From NCBI GenBank assembly GCA_040954595.2, contig CM082577.2, positions 8,643,846 through 8,707,845 on the forward strand: a stretch of DNA of 64,000 nt, written 5' to 3'. The notes under the pieces are model-generated. The model ran no database searches. It had not been told where the DNA came from and was given only the letters and a program-made list of their open reading frames with translations. Positions 50,712 through 60,940 of this stretch are shown piece after piece. How positions within the stretch are numbered: position 1 is the stretch's first letter; the number at the start of each line of letters is the position of its first letter. The position numbers and the translations under genes are program-made. This DNA comes from Balanoglossus misakiensis (lineage: Eukaryota > Animalia > Hemichordata).

Positions 50712-52911
50712 TCACACACTCAGTAAAATCTGGTCAACCTCGTTGGCGGGTATTTTCGAGTCGCTGTCTTCCCCAGCGACCCTGAAGATGACTTCGGCGC
50801 TGTACGGTATATTGACCGTCCCGTGCGACGAATGCCACAGCCATCCCGCGCCACCGCGACAGTACATCGTGACGGTCGCTTGGGGCGAGTATCCCAGGAC
50901 GGCCCAAGTCTTCCCCACGGCGGGGCTCCGCTGGTGCGAAAACTGCAGCAGTTCAGTTTCCCGTCGGTTTGGAGCAAAATGTGCACAGCCCTTGAAATCG
51001 CCTGTTCAGGGGGGAAATGAAATCAGAATTTTCCATGAAATCATGCGTTTTTTTTAATCTGCTAGATGGAATGTGTGTCGGTTCATGAACAGCTGTCTCA
51101 AAACATATCATGCATTATGAATATGTATAGATATGGGAGAATTTTGCATAAATAAACAATGACACTATTAAAACCTGAAAAGATGTCCCAACCATTTTTC
51201 ATTAAAAGCAACATCTCTGCATTGAAAGCATATGATATAAAGACCTTGTTCGCATGGATCAGTATTCTCCCGTGGACCCATTTTTTTGTACCTTGACCTT
51301 TTTGAGCAGACAGCGAGAGCCAGGGGTTTGCTAAGAAAACCAATCAAGGGTCTGTTAATACCTTCCAATGACTTGCCACCGTGCAAGATGACAACATCCC
51401 AAGTCCCAGTGCGCTTCAATATTGCTCTGGCTGACTCCATCAATGCGTACGATAACTGACCTGCGGAGAGACAATTCATCAGAATGGGAGAAATAGGGTC
51501 ATTATACTTTTGTCAACACCTGACTTCAGAGCCCACTGCAATCTTATTATATACTGTAAAACACTTTATTTTCGCGAGTTGAAATTTTCGCGATATCGAG
51601 AGAGGCCACTGTTTCGCGAGTATTAATTTTTCGCGTTCTCTTATTTCATTCACTGCATCGTTATCTAAAAAAAAAATTACACGACTTTTTATTTTCACGC
51701 TATTTTGGCTCTCGGGTATTTCGCGAAAATTTATTGCTCACGGAAAGTGATTTACAGTAGTTTATCATTTTTCATCACAGATCACAGTAATTAAAAAAAA
51801 TAATTCCCCACCTGATATGATAGCTGGCACGATGGAACTTGTCATCTTCCCCAGCAGGCTCCACTGGAAGTACTGCACGAAGTACGGCAAGGCCTCCGGA
51901 ACGATGACTTCCGGAGCGGCAGAGATGCTCTCGTCCAGCTGAACGTGGTCGTTCATGAACACCACCCGGGGATGGAAAAATCTCTCCTTCAAACAACAGC
52001 CATTTTTCATCAGGTGGTTTCTCAACAGGTTGGCCTTGGCCTTGATGCAGTCCACCGCACTGCTGTGCTGCACGTCGTACGCCACTGATGTCCCGTTTTC
52101 TCCATTGTGGGCGCGTTTCTTCTGAATCCAGCAGTCGCCTTTTTTGTTGGGTCTCACCTCGCCAGACCAGTTCTTCACTTCCAAGACATACACACCATAT
52201 GCTATTCAAATATAGGATCACAAAGAAGGCAAAATAGTTCAAGGACAGTTTGCAAATCACTGTGACCCTGGTATGAACTTTGTTTTTATGATGTTGCTCT
52301 AGTTTCCAGTACAAAGGCAGTTAACAGCTGAATCCCTGTATTTATTACACTGAAACATGTGAAAACACTTCTGACAATTAACAATTAAAGGCGAAAAGAC
52401 ATTTCCTGCAACTTCTTGAGCTCCTTGAATGAGGAAAACCTCTGATTCAAGAACTGGGTCAATATGTATACTGTTGTATACTTTAAAGGTTATTTTATGC
52501 ATTAAGCTCCAAACAGTAAGGTTGACCTTAGATAATTCAGTATCAACCACGCAAAACATAAAATTTGAACAGAACAATTTCCAGTTGTTTGATTCAACTG
52601 CAACCTGTACGCCATTGTAAAAAAAAAATCAGGTTTGGCCATTTAAAAAAATCTTGACTTTTCTAAGAGAAACTGCTTGTGCATTTACCTGTTACTACGA
52701 CAATGTCAATCTCATGTCGCCTGGTCTGAAAATTATCTGGTATTCTCAGCTTGCAAAACAGGTCCCCCTCGGGTACTTGGCCTTCTGTTTTTAACTTTTC
52801 CACAAGCCTGTTTTCTGCTTCGCGACCAGCCTTCACTTGTTCATCTTCTACATGTGCTTGTGGACTGCTGGCTTTCTGGGCATGCAACAACCTACTGTTC
52901 AGCCCAAACAT
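50712..52911 (-). CDS. NERD (nuclease-related domain, PD-(D/E)xK fold) protein, 333 aa
   Basis: Exons 52911-52689, 52201-51812, 51460-51362, 51001-50712; all GT-AG, phase-1 introns, total 1002 nt with no internal stop. The joined sequence AGREAENRL...LRIPD..RRHEIDIVVVTAYGVYVLEVKNWSG is the NERD signature (GxxGE / EID / ExKNWSG). Confidence 0.85.
51552..51759 (-). mobile_element. About 210-bp TA-flanked MITE, copy 4 (reverse orientation, NERD intron 2)
   Basis: Reverse complement of copies 1-3. Confidence 0.9.
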
Positions 52912-53199
52912 GTTTGATTTTGGTTACTTTTTCTTGTCTGCAAGAACAAAAAATCATGAACGTACACCACATTTAATTTACAAGTTTTAATGTCTACAAT
53001 TTGTTTTAAATATTTTTTTAATTTTCTGAAGAGATGTAAGACACTTAGGAACCAATCATTGAACTGACTTGGGGTTCAGTTGTTGGTGTTTTTTCTGTTG
53101 TTGTTTTTTTTTAGTCTTCTGACTAGTATAGTATTCAGAATCTTTTATTTCTAAACTAAAATTTATATCCATTTTTGACCAAAACTGTTAATTCTATTG

Positions 53200-54120
53200 T
53201 GTCATATGTTTGCACGGCTGCTCTTCGAATTGACGTGGTTTTGATCGGATTACCAATATGATTTGTTTCGCCAGGGACCGGGGAAAGCGATTGCGCAAAC
53301 CCCGGCTTCTGTGGTAAGTACCAGCCTTACGCAAGCCCGGACAATAACATAACAAACGTCATATTTCTGGAAATGAGACTGAAATGGCTAATACGCCGTG
53401 CGGAGAGGGTTTTTTGTTCGGAAGCCATCGTTAGGAGGACTACATTTTTAACAGATGATTTTTAAAATAGTCCGTAATAGCTATTTTCGTAGCAGTGAGT
53501 GTGGCTTTCCTATTGTTATTATCTGGCTCACAGTCAGCCAGCTGTAATGTTATTGTGCGATATTCGCCAATAAAAACAAAGCGTATTTCGCCGAAACCTT
53601 ACCACGAAACCATCCATGCGATGCGTCGTTGCATATCTGACGTGTAGAGAAACAAATCGGCACTTCCTTTCTGTCAACAGGATGATTAGTACAGACTTTT
53701 GCAAGGAAAATGTATGGCTTCACAGCACAAAGCCCGATGATCGACCAGGACTCCTGGATGTAAACAATGCCACTGCGCGGTATAGTAATGACGCAATGAG
53801 GAAATCCCCTCAATTCGCGCGTGAAACTACGAGATCGATCTCAAGAATAAAATGAGCAGTTTGTAATAATACTTCTTGGTCAATTCCCTGGTGCTACAAC
53901 TAAATTTATATATAATTAATGTTTACAGATTAACTCCAGTGTGCTGACACATATAGTTAAGTTTTCACAATAATACAAATATAGACGAGGTCGAAGGTCA
54001 AAGGTTGTGGCACGGTGGCGCGAAACGAAAAGTGCGATTCGAAGTGATCGGAAGTAGCTTGTGCGTGTGTGTGCGTGCGTGACTGACTGTCGACTGGTGC
54101 TGTATGCCCGGGACTTCAAA
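53200..54120. promoter_or_regulatory. Putative bidirectional promoter between the NERD gene and POLD2, with an E2F site
   Basis: CpG-rich. GGCGCGAAA (E2F consensus) at 54017-54025, ETS-like CGGAAGT at ~54049, and nuclear-receptor-like direct repeats AGGTCGaAGGTCAaAGGTTG at 53988-54007. Confidence 0.6.
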
Positions 54121-54373
54121 ACGACATACTTTAGTTTGAGAACACTGGTTTGTTTTATAGTTTGCCTTTAATTATGCTTATGCAAACTTTGAGTTTTGAT
54201 GTCATGGTTCCATCATCATCCATCATTGAAGCTGACCATCATTGATCCAAGTACATACACACGCTTCATCCATCTTCTAAGTGACCCGTGTGACCTTGTG
54301 ATTTGACGAAATCTGGACTGGAAAACCTTTGATACTCTGCTGTAAATTTATCTCAACATTTATCCTTGAAACA

Positions 54374-57300
54374 ATGTCTTTGTTGTCCGAACCAACCGAG
54401 CAGCAAGTCGAATTTCAGCGAAAGTCGTGCAGCTATGAGAACTTGTCACAAAGATTTCGTTTGAAGGACCAGAGCTTCAGCCGACAGTATGCACATCTGT
54501 ACGCTGAAAGGCTGTTGTCCATGCGACCAATGTTAGTGGAAGCCTGCAAAAACAAGTGGGGTAGGTCAAAAATTGTTCAAAGTTGTATACATGTTCCACT
54601 TTTGGAAAGAACCAGAAATGATGATTCATGGAAAGTTTTCAAAAGTTGTGGAAAACGAAATTAACTCTTGCAAAATCCGGAAAAAAAGACAAAATATTTT
54701 TTTCCAAAAATCTTTAACAGTTTTACTTTTCCATACAAACAGGGACAGATGTTACAATTGACAAGCTCTGCAATGTAAAAATGGGGAAGAAGTGTTGCAT
54801 CATAGGCACACTGTTCAAGCATATGGAACTCAAACCCAGCATACTCAAAGAAATCAGTGAAGAGGTAAAAAGAAAGTTTCTCTAGAAGTTTATAACTTGT
54901 TTTGTTTGAGACTTATAAAATAGATACAGTGAGTGCTATTGGTATATAATCTTAAACCTGAAGTACGATATTAAAATTTGATAATTTAAAGGAAGAAGTT
55001 CAAAATTATGATAATCTAAACTTTCATATTTTTAGCACAATCTTATGCCACAGCCAAAGAGACAGAAATTCACTGATGCGTCGGACCAGTTGATTCTAGA
55101 AGATGAATTGCAGAGAATTATCCTTGTTGGAGAAATAGACGTCCATACAGCCGTGACAGGTTGGTTTTCTTCAGTTGTGATTTTTAAAAGGGCCATAAAG
55201 ATTGCTGTTTTCATTTTGATGATATAGAGATTTACCCATATATGTAGTACACTATTAGACTAAAAATTAGCATGCATGATATTTGACATGAAAAATTCCA
55301 CTTTTCTATCATATCAAATGCTTGACACCTCTTTTAGGGGGGACCGCGTCGACCGGGACAATATCATTTTGTAGTCTACTCCTAAGTCCTTCCCCCTTCC
55401 ATCTATTGTATTGATGTTTGTTTACTTTTGTGAAATGGCAGGTATTATTGCCACTGTTTATGGCTGTGAGGTAGAAGGCGGTAAATTTCAAGTGGATGAT
55501 TATTGCTATGCAGAATTACCAGAACAGATCCCTCCAACACTGGCTGAAAGTGATCGGTAGGGTTATTGCTTCATTTGTTCATTTACAATTCTGCCTTTGT
55601 CAGCGATACAGTATAAAGGATCACTGGATCACATAGTTCTCACAGAAGTACATTAAATTGATGGGTCCAATGAATAGGTCTGCATGAATCTCGGTACTGG
55701 TAATTTTATAAGGAGTATCAGCTCCCATTAATTTATGTAATCACTCTCAATTTTCAGGTATGTAGCTCTTGTGTCTGGACTTGGCATTGGAAATGAGGGC
55801 CGCCATCTCATGAGTCTGCAGTTGTGGGTTGACATGGTAACGGGGCAGCTTGGAGATGCAGCCGATCAGGAAAAATGTTCCAATATAGTCAGGGTCATTG
55901 TTGCTGGTAACGCACTCAGTCGCAGCACGCAGGATAAAGATGCATTAACTACAGTAAGTGAACAGAAAATCAGACGGGTGAAAAATAAAGAAATAGTGTA
56001 CTGTTAAAGAGGTGTTAGCCGTGACTTTGGGGTATTTTTCCCCCGTATTATTGGTCTGTGAAATACAAATTATCTTAGCAAATTTAAAATTCATTGATAA
56101 CTAATTAGTTTTCATCAAAATATTATGGGTTGTTCTTTATTGCAGGCCAAATATCTGACAAAGAAATCTGCAGCAGGAAGTGTAGAGGCAGTGAAGACTT
56201 TGGATGATCTCTTGACACAACTGGTGGTAAGACATGCTGAGGGCCAGTATAAGCCCCCTTTTCCCAACTTCCTAGTCTAGTTTGATTCAGTCATTTTCCT
56301 TTCATGTTGTGGTGAGGTGAAAAGTACAGCCAACATCAAGATAGCTCATGTTTGTGTGTAATATTTGTGAATACCAGTGTAAAACACTCTATTTTCGCGA
56401 AATTAGCGTGAAAATAAAAAGTCGGTAAATTTTTTTTGAAGATAACGATGCAGTGAATGAAATAAGAGAACGCGAAAATTAATACTCTCGAAACAGTGGC
56501 CTCTCTCGATATCGCAAAAATTTCAACTCACGAAAATGAAATGTTTTACAGCATGCTGTGTAAAACTCAATTAAACTTCCAGTACGATTGTTTGTCTAAA
56601 GATGCAGCACAGCTATACGGCCATAATTGCTGATTTCTTCTCCTTTCCTTTCAGAGCTGCGTACCAGTTGACATCATGCCTGGTGAATACGATCCAGCCA
56701 ATTACACCATGCCACAGCAGCCGTTAAATCGTTGTATGTTTCCTCAAGCCATGGTCTACCCAACGCTACAAACTGTCACCAATCCATACGATGCAAGCAT
56801 TGGAGGAATACGGTTAGTGCAAAGCAATAATTACATTGTATATCGGTATATAAATCAGCTTTGCCTTTATATCGGTGCAAGTGATAAGTTCACATTGCTC
56901 TTCCAAATACATATCAAGTGTATGAACTTGATTGATAGAGCCGAAATATATCCCTCCTTGTGTATTGAGTAGAGAAAAGAGCAAAAAAAAAGATTTTCCT
57001 TTTATAAACCAAAGTGTTGAAATTTTTTTCAGATTCCTAGGAACATCCGGGCAGAATGTGGACGACATCTACAGATTTAGTACAATGGAGGACACATTGG
57101 AAATTCTAGAGAAGACGCTGCTGGCTTGTCACATCGCACCAACTGCACCAGATACATTGGGTAAGAACTGTGGACAGAGCATCCAATCAATGAGTCGTTG
57201 CTTTGTCGCTCGTTTGCGAGATCTCGTGCCACTTTTTGTCAGTTGTGCAATTGTGATCGTTTTTCATTTCTTATCCACATATAGGCTGTTATCCATTTTA

Positions 57301-57977
57301 CTCAGAAGATCCATTTATACTGAAGGAATGTCCACACATCTACTTTGCCGGCAATCAACCACAATTCCAAACTAAAGTTTTCGACAGTAAGTATCGATGT
57401 CAGTAGTGCCAATTTCATGGAAAAACTGGCACCAGTTTTTGGTAAAATATATTCACAGATTTGCTTTTATTCTTGACTAGTGTCTACTGCTAGAGTGGAA
57501 GCGGATCTGTTCCTTGGATACACATTTTCATTTAACTCTAGATTTGATTCATTATTTGAAGAATTCACAGTTTTACAGGGGTCCAACTAGTAGCTTTACC
57601 ATAGAAATGGATTTGGACCAAACCATGGCGGTAAAGGGGTTAAGACTTGCCCCTCTTGTTCTGATGTGATCAACACATAAGTGATAGTTGGTGTTCAACT
57701 CTAATAGCAAAACCACGCAAAGTGTTCTACATTGTAATGAGGTCAGTTTCAATGGTCCACAAGTTTTTATCAACATTTATGTTTCTTTTATCATCCAACC
57801 ACAGACATAATGGGGCAAAAAGTGACATTGGTCTGTGTGCCCAAGTTTAGCAAAACAAACACATGTGTTCTTCTCAATCTGCGGACGATGGAGTGCGAGG
57901 CAATGACTTTCTCCAGCCACTTGACTCCGTTATCGAATGGACGCAGCGATGTGGAAATGGCAGAGACTGAAGACTAA
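54374..57977 (+). CDS. POLD2: DNA polymerase delta subunit 2 (p50)
   Basis: Exons 54374-54560, 54743-54864, 55036-55159, 55442-55556, 55758-55953, 56146-56226, 56655-56812, 57033-57160, 57285-57386, 57805-57977, phases consistent. Motifs [104 protein letters not shown]. Confidence 0.96.
56378..56551 (+). mobile_element. About 210-bp MITE family, copy 5 (internally deleted, degenerate ends; POLD2 intron)
   Basis: Shares GATGCAGTGAATGAAATAAGAGAACGCGAAAATTAATACT and flanks with the other copies. Confidence 0.85.
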
Positions 57978-58346
57978 ACGAGAAGGCTGTTGAAGACAGA
58001 AAATAAAAACAGACAATCTAAAACAGGAGACTGGAATAAGTTTTCCCGTGTATACTAAAAATGCGAATTTCCTGTTGTTGGAAAAGCAAAATTGCATTTT
58101 CAGGAGGTCAAGGGTCAAGCTGCTGAATGTTATGAAATAATATCGCACGGGTGCCCAGTACAAAACACCTGACCACTGCCATTGTTGGGGCCAGGGCTTT
58201 TTCTTGTTTGACACTTGCGTAGTGACGTTTCTCTAATGTTTATCTGTATAAACTGGTATTAAACAAATGTACAAAGTCTGTTACTTGTGTGTTGATTTTG
58301 TTTATATGGTTTGCATGCAGTGTTTGTTCAAAGTGTTTTCTGTAAA

Positions 58347-58451
58347 GGATAATGTACTCGTGTCGTGCAATCATTCAGATATTGAATGAAACGAGGGCCG
58401 TAGGCACGAGTGGATTTCAATATCTGAACGACTGCAGACAGTACATTATCC
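58347..58451. repeat. 105-bp hairpin downstream of POLD2, probably the terminus of a repeat extending to ~59215
   Basis: GGATAATGTACT..GTC.TGCA.TC.TTCAGATATTGAA pairs with TTCAATATCTGAACGACTGCAGACAGTACATTATCC; CATTATCC recurs at ~59207. Confidence 0.7.
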
Positions 58452-60940
58452 AGTAGCATTAAGACAACATCTGTGATCTTTGTATGCTAAACTACTCAAT
58501 CACATCAACCAATCACACGATGCACCTGGTGAATGACACATTTTGATTGGATAGTCATCAGCCAAGTCATTTGTCAGACGGTCGGTGAGGTGCCACTTCC
58601 ATCATTCGAAACCCAGTCTTTGACGTACAAACATCATGGCTGAAAGTAGTGTGACAACAACAACCTATTCATTTACCCAGAGCATTTTCGGACAACCTAG
58701 TGAAAGTTAAGACTGACTGACGGTATAGACTGGACTGAAGATTTTGGTAGTCTCATCTGTCATGGAAAGTGACTTCACGAAAATCGAGCGTGCCTTTTCT
58801 ACTGGCTTGCAGCCCCATTGCGCATATCCTCCTCTGTAAGTAAGTTTTCTGTCTTTTTTTTAAACATTTAAAGTTATTCTATTGATTAGGAATTTTGGAT
58901 TGTACGTCAGCAAGGTACTTCGAGCAAGTTTTGGTTTGTTGAGAAAAAAATGGAACTTTCAGGCAAAGCGGCGAAGTAGAAATGAAACCCCAGCCAAAGG
59001 TCAAGCCCAGAGCAGAGATTACAGAGAAAGATGGCCGAAACTATATTCGCGCACCTGGAAGCAGTTCTCCTTGGAGCATTTCTTTCATAATGAACAATGG
59101 CTAATTTGTTATCTTGTGTGTTGTGAATGAATGTTATTGAGCCAGGTGCATTGCACTGTCTGGATACTCAATGCAGTGTAGTGTTGTAATAGAGGGATTA
59201 TAATTGCATTATCCAAACCGCGAAGGTGACACCAAGGATGTCTAGACCGTGCATGCAGTTTCCATTCTGATTCATGTGAAATGTTGGTTCTATGAGACCT
59301 AAGACTTCTTCCATCTTGTAAACTGCACGCTACAATCTTTGCATGCATGGCCAGAGCCAAATCTGTAACTACTAGTATATCCCCACCACCACCACCACCA
59401 AGAAAAAGTCAATGGTCGTAGGATATCCAGTGAAAATATATACATTTCCCTTTATTCATGTATATCCATTGCAATACAGTCAAAAGAATTTGAGATTTCT
59501 AAATGAAAAAGTCTGGATGCATGCTCAGACAATTGAAAAATTTACAGAATACGGGAGTTTACTGTGAATGAGTACATTGGTATTCCAAATCAAAAGTGAC
59601 ACCGATTTAAAAATATACGTACCGTACTATACATCAACAATGCAGAAAGTAATGGAGGGACTTGTCAGATCAAGATTAAAACAAAAAAATCATCTTTTCA
59701 AGGTATATAATGGTTAATTATTCACACGGATGCTAAATTGACATCAGTGGCAAGAAATCTGTTGTCGTCAAGTCCAAACATTTTGGGAACAATATTTTTT
59801 TTTAAATACCAAATTCAGGCTGTGAATATGGAAAATTAGAGAGGCAGGGAATTTTATGAGGAACAACCCACATTTTTGTTCCAGTCAACTTGAAATATTT
59901 TAACCAATTTTATTTTTCCGGTGTGTTAATTTTTTAAAGGCAGCTTCAACAATATACATATAACCTGTCTGCAAACAAAGTGTAAATATGACACGCCATG
60001 CAGTACATATTATTTTTAAAAGTACTGGATTTCAAGTATTGTCCAAGTTGGGACATAAATACCATGGATTTCTTTAAATGTTTCATTGACAAATGCAAAA
60101 ATTTCCACAGAAACTAGACTGTTCACCAGTGCTGGATGCCAAGATTTTTGCAGTAATTTATTCAACTTGTGAGAGAAGAAGCTTTGAAATGTACAACCTA
60201 TTGTATTTCTCTATACATTTCCTAAAATCGGGAACTTTGATTTGACAAAAGAAACATAAATACTATTACTATTGAAAAAGTTCTGTTCAAAATGACAATT
60301 TCGTGAGTTGCATATTGATCTCTGCCACTGACATTTCAATGTTTGGAATTGAACACAAGAGGGCGCTATTTTGTGGCACCATGTAATTTGGTAACTACCG
60401 GGTAGAGCAGTAATTCTGTTTAATAGTGAAGTTCTTGGTTGTGACAGAATAAATTAACCAATCCCTTCACGGTCATAAGTTAATCCCCACCTTGCCTTTT
60501 TTCATCGCACCGTCTAAAAGTACCAAGCTTCTCTTTCTTAAGTTCATTGAGACTCACTGCATCAAATACTGAGAAAATTAAGTCAGAGGGCAGTGCATGT
60601 GATGATAGTGACATATTAAAAAAATCAAGGTTACATTTCATTGACAGAAGTCAGGATAACTCATCTCTGTTGACAGGAAACTTTTTGCCATGGTTTCAAA
60701 GTTTACTATCATGAAATAAAATGCCAACAATTCACACATGAATCAAGTGATGTGTGTGAGCATTACCTTTTCCGCCAAGAACTGACCATCACATATTTTA
60801 CAGCTCTCCTGATAAACCAATCTCTGAAAAAACTGCCCAAGTTCGGTCTTAAATCTAAAAGTTAAAAATCTCTGAATTTTCACTGACTTAAAGAGTCATC
60901 TATGTATATAGACTATGATACAGATTGCACGTTGGCCTCC

